DNA of 64,000 nucleotides, taken from the NCBI GenBank assembly GCA_951406725.2, contig OX597818.1, forward strand, positions 6,572,001 to 6,636,000. The letters are read 5' to 3'. Source of the DNA: Octopus vulgaris (taxonomy: Eukaryota). The first letter of the stretch is position 1. The number at the start of each line of letters is the position of its first letter. A program made the translations under genes and the position numbers. Positions 1 to 12,932 of this stretch are shown one piece after another. Below the pieces are notes generated by a model. That model was not told the DNA's origin. It ran no database searches and saw only the letters and a program-made list of their open reading frames with translations.

Positions 1-380
1 TAAGGACCTTTCAGATCTGGTGTAGTGATTTTCTTCTGCTCTTTCTGACAAATTGACCTTTCCTCGTCATATACGACTTATATCTGATGTCCTCGTCAAC
101 AACATTTCTGAGTGTTCCTTCTAACACATGGAGATCTTTTGCAATTGACCTCATGGACTTTCTAGGAATGTAATCAATGGTCACTTGAACTTGTTAGCTA
201 AATTCAGACGTTCTGATTATTTCAGAGCGTTTAGAATGCTTCTTATGCTTTGATACTGGTGATACGTTTCCATATTCAGTCACTAACTCCTTACAAACTT
301 TGTAGATGAAAGATCTGGCAAATTTTAAAAATCGAGATATTCATATCTTGAATAAGCTGATGTTCTCGGATAGCTTACGC

Positions 381-471
<91 letters not shown>

Positions 472-665
472 TTAATCAATATATTCATAATTAATCAATA
501 TATTGATTAATTATGAATTTTCTGTTTAATTCCGTAATGGAATCGGCAGCTTATATTTGCTGCCGATAAATTTGGCGCGAGTGCGATGATTTGAAAATTT
601 TAGGTCAGATATTGCCGAGACAGTAGTGGAACTGCCTCGTGAAAATATCTGCCCCGATCTGGCTG

Positions 666-768
666 ACTTTACTGATGAATCTACTGGCCTATGGAAGATT
701 AGCTTGATTTAATTTAATCAGGTTGATTTACCATTAAAGATTAGACGAAACGATGCATCGTATAAAGT
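666..768 (+). ncRNA. Type I hammerhead ribozyme motif
   Basis: ACTTTA-CTGATGA-aTCTA...TAGAc-GAAA-CGATGCATCG-TA-TAAAGT; stem I ACTTTA/TAAAGT; palindromic stem III; GUA site; A-C mismatch at the base of stem II. Confidence 0.8.
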
Positions 769-1162
769 ATTACAGGGTAAATGTTTTTTAAATTTTCTCC
801 TGGTTTACGGAATTAATATTGTTTTGCGGTTGAAGCCTTGGCTGTTATTTCTAGTGGGTTGAATGGCCTATTATGGCCGTTCCTTAATTTTGCTGTTGAA
901 TTTATAAATGGTCTATGACTATTTACTTTTTTCCCACTAGGCCGCTGGTGGCAAAAAAATTCTCCGAAATTTTTTGCCACCCTATATTGATTAATTATAT
1001 TGATTAATTATGAATTTTCTGTTTAATTCCGTAATGGAATCAGCAGCTTATATTTGCTGCCGATAAATTTGGCGCGAGTGCGATGATTTGAAAATTTTAG
1101 GTCAGATATTGCCGAGACAGTAGTGGAACTGCCTCGTAAAAATATCTGCCCCGATCTGGTTG

Positions 1163-1265
1163 ACTTTACTGATGAATCTACTGGCCTATGGAAGATTAGC
1201 TTGATTTAATTTAATCAGGTTGATTTACCATTAACGATTAGACGAAACGATGCATCGTATAAAGT
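1163..1265 (+). ncRNA. Type I hammerhead ribozyme motif (second tandem copy)
   Basis: Same motif as 666-768, offset 497 bp. Confidence 0.8.
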
Positions 1266-1395
1266 ATTACAGGGTAAATGTTTTTTAAATTTTCTCCTGG
1301 TTTACGGAATTAATATTGTTTTGCGGTTGAAGCCTTGGCTGTTATTTCTAGTGGGTTGAATAGCCTATTATGGCCGTTCCTTAATTTTGCTGTTG

Positions 1396-1488
<93 letters not shown>

Positions 1489-1520
1489 GTAGAAGTTTGA
1501 AAAGATACAAACGAGTTGAT

Positions 1521-1812
1521 ATATATGAAAAACAAGTCAAGATAGAAAATCCTAAAATAATTTTATAGAAACATTTCAGTACCGGTTTCAGTCATTGAGA
1601 CTTTTTCAACAGTACGTATAGAAAACATATAAATTTTGGAAAAATTAAAAGAAAAGATTTTTAAAAGAATATTTGCATAGTACTTTTCTTTTAATTTTTC
1701 TTTTAATGTTTTCAAAATTTAATTGTGCAGTTGAAAAGTCTCAATGACTGAAACCGGTAGTGAAATGTTTCTTATAAAATTATTTTAGCATTTTCTATCT
1801 TGACTTTTTTTC

Positions 1813-1815
<3 letters not shown>
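1521..1815. mobile_element. (TA)n-flanked inverted-repeat cassette with a minimal HHR (UUGAAAA core variant) in each arm
   Basis: Arms ~1521-1612 and ~1728-1815 are reverse complements; consensus CAG-TTGAAAA-AGTC tcaat GACT-GAAA-CCGG-TA-CTG (minus copy 1577-1612, plus copy 1728-1762), each copy slightly mutated. Confidence 0.7.
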
Positions 1816-1885
<70 letters not shown>

Positions 1886-1942
1886 AAATTTAGCCTTAAA
1901 TTTACTGCATAGTGATCTGAAATATTAGATTGCAGTTTTCCC

Positions 1943-2080
1943 ACCCTGAAGATGGAGGCTGAATTGTGGGTTATATTTATATGCATACACTACAGGTTGC
2001 ATATATTTGACACTTTGCACACTCCATCTACCAACATTACAATCATTATGTAATTCTGATCCTCAGAAACAGCTGTCGTC
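1943..2080 (+). ncRNA. Degenerate HHR with a long stem II insertion, in a (TA)n-flanked cassette (~1883-2215)
   Basis: CTGAAGA(1946)-TGGAGG...CCTCA-GAAA(2066)-CAGCTG-TC; palindromic ACAGCTGT; stem I poorly preserved. Confidence 0.5.
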
Positions 2081-2212
2081 TCTGAAATGCCATGTCATCT
2101 TTTAGTTTCTTGTATGCTTTGTATTGTATGTAAATCGTTCTCTATAAATATATGTATATCTAGATGCTTATACATCTGAAAATTTCAGTTTTTGTGTCTC
2201 TCTATATGTATT

Positions 2213-2260
<48 letters not shown>

Positions 2261-3984
2261 CATGTATGTATCTGCGGTTTTAGAGTATCATCAAACAAAT
2301 AACATAGAGTAATATAATTCTAAAAGGCTTTGAATATAACGCTACTAATATTCTTGGTTTATACATATTCATACTCATATGAAAGTTTGATATTATAACA
2401 TAGTTTACACTGGGTTTGTGTAAAATATATAACTGGATACTATTACTACATATCTGTATATATATATATATATATATTAGTGGAGGTGGAGGGCTTCTAT
2501 GTTTATGTCTCTGTGTGAGTATACTTATTGTTATACAAACATACACCTGTATATAAATAAGCGCGTACATGATCATGCAGGCAGACAAATAAGCACAAGC
2601 GCATTCCATATGTGCATGTATATGTTTATATATGTGTCTTCAATGTGTATGTATATGAACGTGTTTTTTTGTACACAAATGGCAGCGGAATTTTATGTAT
2701 AAAATAACCCTGAAATAAATTCGGAAAGTAATTTTTCTGTGCCTTTACTTTCTATCGTTTTGTTTTTGTTATGATGTTTTTCTCTATCAATTGCACACAC
2801 TTGAAGTTACTAGGTTCAACTCTTCATGAGTCAGACAGTTCGGCTGCAACGCAAATTGATAATAATGTGATGGACATTTGTTTTACAATGGATGACATAT
2901 TCAGCGTAATATAGTTCTACCCCCAATTATAAATAGAACTAAAACTTGCAATGACAGGGCCATAATAAAGATGGACTGAACGTCATTGGCAATAGCCCAC
3001 GGTACCGATGTATGTCTCATACCTGGTTTGACAAGGTTAATCAATATGTATATTGTGCAGTAGTGGAGACGGCGATGCACTCACTTATCGTCGTCTGATG
3101 TACTTTAATGCATGCGTCCATAGCCAATCAGATCCATAATTACCTTGGCCTTTCTTACTTCTCTCCTCCCAACACCTCATGTCCAACATTACAATTGCCA
3201 TATTATCACAGACCTACTCACCAACTCTTTATCTCTCCGAAGTTATTTTCCCTCATCATTTTACTGATTGGTTGTATTGTTCTAGAAATCTAGCCTTTGG
3301 CTGTTACTGGAAGCAAAGTCGCATGTTTCATTTAGTAGTCACTTTACTGCATTATTACTGTATTTATGAGGTCACATACATTCCGATTTATATCAGCTCT
3401 TACTCCTCAAAAATGTGTGTGCGCATCCTAATCAAAATGTAATCTCTTTTTACACTGTAGCAGGAACAATTATCCATACATCATCTCAGTTTGAGGACAA
3501 AATCAGTTTAATTTTTCCATAGAACTCGCTTTAGCTTACAAATTTTAATTCATTTCGGACGGTATGTAAAAGTATTTTCTTTTCATGTATGCTGTCTGTA
3601 AACTAGAAATAAACATTGATCTACAATTTCTTCATAGATATTTTTTCTTTTCCCAATTTTACTTATCAACACTGAATGTATGAAAACCAAAGTTGTCCTC
3701 TATTAAATTTCATTTGAGCACACAGAGAGCCAAGAAGAAAATTGAGAGACATTTTTTGGGACCCTCTACATAATCTGGCAACTCTTACAGACATAAAAAC
3801 AATAATGCCTACCCATTTACCCTGAACACGTATGACACTCCATCGGTTACGACGACGGGGTTTCCATGTGATTCGATAAAGGAAACAGCTTGTTTGTGAA
3901 ATTAATGTGCAAGTGGCAGACCAATTCACAGACACGCGTACCCTTAATGTAGTTCTCAAAGAGATTCAGCATGACACAGAGTGT

Positions 3985-4150
3985 TACAAGGTTGGCCCTT
4001 TGAATTACAGGTATCACACATTTTTGCCAGCTGAGTGGACTGGAGCAATGTGAAATACAGTGTCTTGCACAAGGACAAAACGCACTGCCGTCTTTCGAAC
4101 TCATGACCTTACGATCGTGAGCCGAATGCGCTAACCACTAAGGTACGAGA
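3985..4150 (-). mobile_element. tRNA-headed SINE fragment
   Basis: Minus strand reads TTAGTGGTTAGCGCATTCGG...GAGTTCGAAA (A/B-box like); body resembles 62713-63020. Confidence 0.55.
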
Positions 4151-4999
4151 CATTACCGTGTACTTATACATATATACTATATGTGCAGAGACTCGCACAC
4201 ACGCACATACACACACGTACATACACACATAAAAACATACATACATTTTTATATAATGTTATATATAAACGTTGTACATTAACATAGGGAGCACAAGTAA
4301 AAATCCATATTAGTAGCACCACAGATTTCAAATTGTAGGTATCGTGCATATTTAAACTCTTTCAACAATCTTAATTATAAAACTTCAACTACGCTAGCTA
4401 ACCACATTCATTGTCTTAAGTAAAAAAAAAACATAAAATATACACTGGCATGGTCTATTGTAACGGGAGCTCCCTCTTATAACAAAATTGTTATAAGATG
4501 TAAATTGTGCCTTAAGGAAGCCCTTATCATCCTTCGTTCTCATAATTCATTACTATTAAATAAACTTTCGGACGTAGTTTGCTCATGCAAACATAGGTAT
4601 TATTCAATATTTATGCACTTACGTGATTCAAGTTAGAGTTGAACTAACGTACTTAGTTAAACTAAGTCTCATCATTTTTCTAGTCACTAATTTAATTTAT
4701 TAAAAAAATGTTCCCTCCTTCCCTAAATTCCGCGTTCTACCTTTTTGAATTCTTGATCTACATAATTGCCTAAAAACTTTCTATCATTCCAACTACTACT
4801 AAATGTGGATTTGCATGACCACTATTAACCCTGAAGAAGGAGCCTCTGCTCAATAATGGGTATATATACCTTTTATTTTTACGGACAATTAACCCCGAGA
4901 AACAACCGTACAACACTTAATATTTTACAATTTCTTCCAGGATTTTTAACTTTCGTTTCCTTAATTTCATTTTTATTTTATTCTGTGAGTCGGAGCACT

Positions 5000-5079
<80 letters not shown>

Positions 5080-5837
5080 GACAAAGTTATACATCTTCGA
5101 TATATTTTAATATATTTATTTATCAGTGTTCCCATCTGTATATTTTTAAGTGTATCAATTACTCTATATATTTTTATGCATTGATATATATTTTTATATA
5201 TCTATACATTTATAGATTTTTAATATATTGATGTATATTAATATATTCTATATAACAATTAAGTATGTGCTTCTGATGATTCTTCTATATGAATTCTGTT
5301 GATTGAAGCGAGCTGGATATTTCTTTGTGGAGTGAATTATCTGGTGTTCTCCCCACTTATGTATGTATATACATTAGACGCAAGTTGTATGTGAAATCAC
5401 GGTGATACAGAACTAAATTCATTTTTTAAATGTCTTGCTTTGAAAAACTGCATTTGGGTATGATTAGTATAATTTTGGTAGTAATGACTTTGTCCCTCCT
5501 AGTGTGAGGCATTTATGTGTAATAATGCCCTCTATACAATATAGATATAATTAATTTGTTCAAAAGGAAAAAAATTATTTTCGGATTCTTTTCTTTTATG
5601 AGGTTTTCACGCTAGCTACCCGATAATTTCTTGTTAAGATCCCTTATTAAGAGATTATCCTTAATTGTTAAACTTATTCCGAAATACTTTTCATTACCCG
5701 ACATGCAGTTCGTAATAAGCCCGCCATTTACCGGATATATGATTTATAAACATTCCATGTGCTTGGCCGGAGTGAGCAGTTGTCTGTTCGTCTTCGCTAC
5801 GTAAGGTTGGTAGTTTATTTATGATGTGTTCAGAATC

Positions 5838-5895
5838 AGTTCTGCTGACGATCATTAGACGCAAGTTGTATGTGAAATCACGGTGATACAGAACT
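5838..5895 (+). ncRNA. Type I hammerhead ribozyme motif
   Basis: AGTTCTG-CTGACGA-tCAT...ATGt-GAAA-TCACGGTG-ATA-CAGAACT; perfect 7-bp stem I; quasi-palindromic ATCACgGTGAT; AUA site. Confidence 0.8.
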
Positions 5896-6318
5896 AAATT
5901 CATTTTTTAAATGTCTTGCTTTGAAAAACTGCATTTGGGTATGATTAGTATAATTTTGGTAGTAATGACTTTGTCCCTCCTAGTGTGAGGCATTTATGTG
6001 TAATAATGCCCTCTATACAATATAGATATAATTAATTTGTTCAAAAGGAAAAAAATTATTTTCGGATTCTTTTCTTTTATGAGGTTTTCACGCTAGCTAC
6101 CCGATAATTTCTTGTTAAGATCCCTTATTAAGAGATTATCCTTAATTGTTAAACTTATTCCGAAATACTTTTCATTACCCGACATGCAGTTCGTAATAAG
6201 CCCGCCATTTACCGGATATATGATTTATAAACATTCCATGTGCTTGGCCGGAGTGAGCAGTTGTCTGTTCGTCTTCGCTACGTAAGGTTGGTAGTTTATT
6301 TATGATGTGTTCAGAATC

Positions 6319-6376
6319 AGTTCTGCTGACGATCATTAGACGCAAGTTGTATGTGAAATCACGGTGATACAGAACT
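6319..6376 (+). ncRNA. Type I hammerhead ribozyme motif (next tandem copy)
   Basis: Identical to 5838-5895, offset 481 bp. Confidence 0.8.
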
Positions 6377-6634
6377 AAATTCATTTTTTAAATGTCTTGC
6401 TTTGAAAAACTGCATTTGGGTATGATTAGTATAATTTTGGTAGTAATGACTTTGTCCCTCCTAGTGTGAGGCATTTATGTGTAATAATGCCCTCTATACA
6501 ATATAGATATAATTAATTTGTTCAAAAGGAAAAAAATTATTTTCGGATTCTTTTCTTTTATGAGGTTTTCACGCTAGCTACCCGATAATTTCTTGTTAAG
6601 ATCCCTTATTAAGAGATTATCCTTAATTGTTAAA

Positions 6635-6696
<62 letters not shown>

Positions 6697-6701
6697 TGTT
6701 A

Positions 6702-6906
6702 GCTGTGGTGTTGAAAAGTTCCTGGCTTTTGGAAAAAGAAAATACTGTAGGATTATATGATGATTATATTCGACATATTCCTCTCTAAGATTCCCACACA
6801 TATTGCAGCGTTCCTTCAGTATGTCTGTAAAAGAACTCAAAATGATAAGCTCTAGCCGGGCCTTTCAGGATACCCTTAAAGTCAGAAACTTTTCAGCACC
6901 CCCTCG
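6702..6906. mobile_element. Mariner-derived MITE
   Basis: Ends GGTGTTGAAAAGTTCCTGGCTTT / AAAGTCAGAAACTTTTCAGCACCCCCTCG-TA; TACGAGGG-type TIR. Confidence 0.6.
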
Positions 6907-7964
6907 TATATAAATGTGTGTATATAAATAATTAAATACATAATTAATAAAAAATAAACAAGTAAATAAATAAATATAGGTATGCATATATTTATATATA
7001 TACTTACTGAAATGGAAACGGAGAATTTTATAACCCAAACATGATTCTATAACAGAGGACATCATCATGCATGTGTAAATTATTGGAGACAACTTTCGTT
7101 CATATATAATTAAACAAATGCCGGCTAAAGTTGATAAATTCTTTATATTTGACATAAAAAAATATATGGTATATACGATTAATGAAATATTTGCAATTTA
7201 AGGTGTTCTTAGTTCAGTATCCAATCTTTTCACAATAGTTTATGAATAAAAACACGTATTCTCAACGTTCTTTAACACAATCTTTATTGAAATTGACATT
7301 CTCAGAAATATAACATTGTCTCACCAGAATCAATGCATTGATCAATATTAGAAGCATATGCTCCTCTGAAATAGGTAGGTATATTTTCATATAATGCATA
7401 CAAGCATTATATGTATATATATTCATATATACATACAAGCACTATATATATATATATTCATATATACATACAAGCACGCGCACACACACATGTGTTTATG
7501 CATGTATGTATGTATGTATGTATGTATACATACATAGACATGAAGGTAGATCACTTTCATTATAAGCAAAGAAATAAGATGCTTGCTTATGTGAGATGAT
7601 GGTAATAGAAAATGGTAAGATTGAACGTACGAATAAAAGCACATTCGTGTACGCCTAATTCTGAAAACACATATATGCAATGCGTAGGAAAACGAACGGT
7701 AAAGAATGGAAACATCTAAAAAGAGAAACGGAAATAATTTGAAATATGTAATATTGTAAAATACTGAGAAGTAGAGAATAAAATGTAAGATGAGAAGTAG
7801 AGAATAAAATGTAAGATAAATAATCAGAATAATTAAAATGTATGTTTCCTTATACTTTAGGACTAACATCGGAAATATTGATAATAACAATAAAGAAGTA
7901 GGGGAGTATACACTGTGTAAAATGAAACAAAGAAAGGAAGGATCATAGCGATGTGATCTTCCTG

Positions 7965-8520
7965 ATACAGGAGGAACTCTAGGAATAATTGAGAAAGCCC
8001 ACCTTCCAAGATCTCCCTGAACAGCAAGGGAAAGTGCTATCGCCGATTACTTTTCTTCAACTTACATTCACTCTTGCCATTTTCACAAATTTCACCCACC
8101 TTTCAATAAATTCACTCGAAGACAGCACCTCCTTCTTTATCCTTACTTTCCTCTTCACGTGAAACTTGAATCTCTACCGGATATTAATGACCCTAAACTT
8201 ATGCCTTTCAGTTTCGTCCATTAGATGACATCTGATGCCACAGCCACCAGTCATAGAAAACTGACTTACTTGTCCAATTAAAAGATAGCATCAGGTCAAT
8301 CCAAACCGACAGACCGATCAGTCCTACGCGCGACAGAAGCTTTCCGACATAGTTCCAGAAGTCACCAATACCCAAACACTGAAAAGTGCGTGCATAACCG
8401 TTTCGTCACGCTGTGTGCTCCTCAGACAAGTCTGCTTGACAGTACTTCCGTGCCTATAGAATTTATCTCGATTCGGTATCGTCTCCTAGTAGCACTGTCA
8501 GCCCAGTACATCTGAAAATT
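7965..8520 (-). mobile_element. 3' fragment of a Tx1/L1-like LINE
   Basis: Reverse complement resembles 30900-31480 (…FHVKRKVRIKKEVLSSSEFIERWV…). Confidence 0.55.
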
Positions 8521-9925
8521 ATCCACAGAATTTGCCTGTGCATTTATGTTCAATATGTGCGTGCAAGTTAGTGCGTGTATGTACTAATTGTGGTGTTGTT
8601 GACGCATCAAATGGATTGGGAAATACTAGTCTGGAACTTTAATGTTGGCAGTGAGCATGATATAATTGGAATAAATAAAAAAATATTATTGTTAATGGCA
8701 TTAGAATCAAATGGTGACTGCAGTACGCGTTAGTACCAAAACTAATGTTTATGTAAATTTATCTTGGTGAATCTCTGCGCACGTGTACTCATATTTTGTT
8801 TTTGTATGTGTAATTGTAGTTCTGCTTTTATAACAGGTCTGGAGTTGTAATTTTCTTAAAATGAGGTGTTTTGGTGGTGAGTTGTTGTATGCAAACATAC
8901 ATACACACATACATTCATACATACATACATACATACATACATACATACATACATACATACATACATACATACATACATACATACATACATACAAACATAC
9001 ATACATACCTACATACATACACACATATGAATGTATGCGGGTGTAGGTGTAGACGTGCTTGGGCTTCGGAAATGCAAGTAAATAACGAGACATACTTTAG
9101 AGTAGTTCATTATTTCTGGTTTATTGTTTTGCCTAAATGTAGGTTTCAAATCTTAGGTAATGGACTGGGTAGAGGAAAGTAAGTGAATTATGTGATAAAA
9201 TGATACACTGAGACAGTTTAAAAATATGTGTATAATCGAAAGTGTACATATATTGCCGTGTTTATTGTAGGGTATTTGTGTCTATCAATGAGTGCTTGTA
9301 TGTGTGCATCACAATTTGTGTGCATAGGTTCGAGTATTTGGAACAGTAAGTGTTTTTGAACATGTTTGGACAGTAACTATAGGTTCCGTTTGTTTATATG
9401 CATGTACTACGCGTGAATATATACAAAAAGACAACTCATACACAGAAAAAGATCTTCAAAATATATTACAATATGCACATGAATATATTCTCAGTCATTA
9501 CTTCAATGCAACTTAGCCTAAATCAGCCCAAATCAGCTGACGAAAGTCACGCCTGTGTATTTCATGCAGACATGGTAATATGTTTTTCTATATTTTTATT
9601 CAGTTGTAATGTAGGAGGGCATATGGAAAAAACAGATATTTAGAACTTCGTCATTTGCTAGTTTCCAATTGTATGTCTGACCGGCTCTTAATATAATGAG
9701 TTGATTTCCATATCTGATTAGGTATAATTACTCGTACCACGTTTTATATACGATGGAATGTAACGACTTCTTGAATAGCATTTTTAATGTTTTATTGTAC
9801 TTTTGTCATATTCAATAAAATATTTCTTTTAAAATTCTAATATCAAACTGCTTTTCTCCTATTCTATGTGAGATCGATTTATGTAATTATTAACACTCGG
9901 TGCCTTCTACCTACGATATACAATA

Positions 9926-10340
9926 TCTTTATCTTTTATCTTTGAATTGTTCTAGTCATTAGACTGCGGTCATGCTAGAGCATCGTCTTGAGGAATTTTA
10001 GTCGAGCAAATCAAACCAAAGTACATATCCTTTAAACCCGGTACTTATTCTATCGTTTTATTTGCCGAACCGCTAAGCTACGGGGACGTAAAAGCAGTGG
10101 TGGGAGAAAAACACACAAACGCGAGCACTCACACACACACACACACGCGCGCACGCACACTCATATATACACACGCGGAAACACGCACACACATACGTCG
10201 GACGTCTTTCAGTTACCTTTTACCACATCCACTTAAATGTTTTTGGTTAATCCTAGGATATTGTAGAAAAAGTACAAGGCAATGGGACTTAACCCAAAAC
10301 CGTATGGTTGAGAAGCAAATTTCTTACCTTACAGCTACGC
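9926..10340 (-). mobile_element. SINE of an abundant family (same as 26546-26881 and 37283-37592)
   Basis: Shared GTACTTATTCTATCG…TTTGCCGAACCGCTAAG…ACGGGGACGTAA body; tRNA-like head at the right end. Confidence 0.7.
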
Positions 10341-11399
10341 TTGCGACTATAGTTCTGAACAATATTTCAGAATTATTTACCAAAATAGTCCCGTTGTCTT
10401 TACATTCTTTCTTTACCCGAATTTAGTAAAAATCAAAACTTATCTTAGTAATCAAAATACAAAGACAATATAGAAAGTTAATAGAAACTTTTACTAAGCA
10501 ATTGTTTTTTCCCTGCAATCCATTTTCGAACACATGCATCATAATGTGAGGAATATCTATTTAATACTAGTTATTTGGAAATCATAGTTTGTATGATATG
10601 CCAAATTTTGTTAACTATGACAGGTAAATTGAATATTTGATGTATAAAATGATTATATTATATATTTCAGTTCGACTAAGATCTATAGTGAATGAAGCTC
10701 TGTTTGCCCTGTTATTTCTACTTGTTGAACATACATTGTTTATTTTAAGGCACAAAAAAATATATAAAATATAAACATAAAACTTCGATAAGCGCCTTAA
10801 TTGCAACTCGTGTAGAGCATAACATATGGAACGTTTTTGTCAAGAAAATGAGTTTCAAAATTAAAGTACGCATCATTTGAGAATATGTAAGTTTAAAATG
10901 TCTGAATAACAGATGACAGTGACGAAATCGTCAGCATCTTAAATTACAACAATGGCGCGGAACTATTCAACATCTGTTTTCTTCATGTGCTAGACTCTAA
11001 ACAATTTCAAAAATTAAATAAAATACAAATTACTTTGTCTTACCTATTAAAAACAATTATATATTTTAATATTTAATGAATATTGTATGATGTTTACTGG
11101 AACAATAAACGTTGAATTTATTGCTCCTATTTGTTCATGAAAATCCCTGGTTATGTGGATACATTAACATTTGTCATTGTAGTACATATTCGTTTTTGTT
11201 TTTCGAAAAATTTAGAATATTTGACAGTTTGTAATAACAAAATTCTTTTACACATAGCAAATTTTTCAAACATCGATTCGTATTTCATACTTTATAATTC
11301 TAAAAGGAACCATTTCTTTGAAATGCTGTTTTACCTCCGATTTTAGACTTGATTCTAGTTATATTTATGCCACTGATTAAAAACATGTCCTTCATTTTA

Positions 11400-12330
11400 C
11401 TCTAGCAGCTCTAGTTTTTGAGAATGAACTGAAAGAAAATTGAATACTTTCGCAATAGAGGAACAGATTTGCTGCTCTTCACCCAGAAAATTATTTCTGT
11501 TTATTTCGTAATGTTTAGGATTTGCTGATGAAAGTCGGCGTATAAAAATACATCCCAAGAAAATGGGGGTTATACATAAATAGTTCTAAGTAGAATTTTA
11601 AATGTATTCCAACAAATTTGTATCAATCCCACCAGGTCGCTCAACTACGATGACTGAACAACAGAAACAATCACCCTGGTCTTCCAGAAGATATATCACG
11701 ACCACCAATGTCTAATCTGCATACATCATAATTATCTTATCTGTCTCTAGGATAGCAACTCTAAGTAGGAGCGAAGGTGAGAAGACTTTGCCCTTTAAGA
11801 AAAAAACATAGCTGTTGGTAAAAGGGTATGTAATTTCAAGACCCTTGCTTGATAGAGATCAGATCGTTTTACCAACACTTACATAAAACTGTTTAACGTA
11901 ACAGTTTGTAAAGACTTTGCAAATAGAAAGGTTCTTCTTTGACGAGATATTTAGAAAATTTCCAGCGCTAGGCATGCAGAACTGAAGACAGGTTTTGTCT
12001 TTGTGCTGCAAATCACCAATTCATAAAAACACATTTTAAAGATTCAATAAACAATTTTGTGGACAATTCATTGTCTGCTTTTACTCTGGTTGTAAGAAAT
12101 TTTCGAACTTGGCTGTAATATGAGCACCAAAAACATTACCCCCACAGTCACTTGGTGTGTTTCCTAGACACCATTGTTTACGTAAGTGATAAATAGTGTG
12201 AACGATTTCACTAAGAGTTGAAAACTATGGGAAAAATATAACGGGGACAGTGACATAGCCCTATAATGGTGGATTATTGCCGGACTGTTCAATGTGATGG
12301 TCCTAGGGCAGATCATTGAATAGTGCTTTC
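11400..12330 (+). mobile_element. Decayed Chapaev3-like (CMC) DNA transposase remnant
   Basis: Broken frames give PLLDRDQIVLPTL-IKL…QFVKTL and ERFH-ELKTM…MVDYC-TVQCD, matching the remembered LPPLHIKLG..KQFVKAL and ERFHQDI..MADYCW motifs. Confidence 0.5.
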
Positions 12331-12844
12331 GTGAGATGTCTGATAATTTTTTTCATCACTAACTGATTCTATGCATGAAATTTAATCACAAATAAACATT
12401 CTTTTTATATGAAGTCATTCTAATATTTAAAAGGCAACAAGAATGAATTGAAGCCATCAATCGTTCTTCCCAGTAGATAGTAAACATAGCAATTAGTGGT
12501 ATAAATCTCGACAACAAGTGTGAATGGAGAAAAACTGATGTATTTAGAATCAGGAGCTAAAATTTATCTCCGCTCTTGTCTAATATCGCAGATATCAATT
12601 TCCTCATTGTATACACCGGACACTAGGTCCAACAATGTTCTGGACACTATGGTGAAATATACTCTCGAAGGAATTACATGTGACGTAGGTAAACATATTT
12701 GTTCAAGTGTTTACGATTCATTTAGATATAAACAGCATATAAATTGTGTACCATGGCATATTTTATACCTGCATACACGCGCGCATGCGCACACATTATA
12801 TATATATATATAAATAGGAAAAAAGCAACAAGAATGGATTAAAA

Positions 12845-12932
12845 TCTCGGTACGATCGTTTCGTACGAGGACATCTTTAATAAGCTACAAAAAATGCAGT
12901 GAATACAGATGGCTCGTACTCGTCAGCCGAAA
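12845..12932 (-). ncRNA. Type I hammerhead ribozyme motif (left arm)
   Basis: Reverse complement of 13980-14067. Confidence 0.85.

Larger units (their letters stand above)
501..1395 (+). mobile_element. (TA)n-flanked tandem cassette, 497-bp unit x ~1.8, one HHR per unit (retrozyme / PLE pLTR-like)
   Basis: Units 501-997 and 998-1395 are near-identical; (TA)n at ~409-470 and ~1396-1486; 36-bp palindrome 483-518 at the 5' junction. Confidence 0.8.
5372..6638 (+). mobile_element. Tandem array of a 481-bp unit (~2.6 copies) with HHRs, ending at (TA)n
   Basis: Units start at 5372, 5853 and 6334 and are essentially identical (identical 69-aa spurious ORFs 5694-5903 and 6175-6384); (TA)n at ~5022-5075 and ~6638-6692. 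Confidence 0.85.

Noticed and set aside
4825-4915. CTGAAGA…GAAACAACCGTA possible HHR
   Set aside because: Stems I and II do not pair convincingly and stem III is not palindromic
5372-6638. CRISPR-like array interpretation of the tandem repeats
   Set aside because: Long identical units without unique spacers, no cas genes, eukaryotic context
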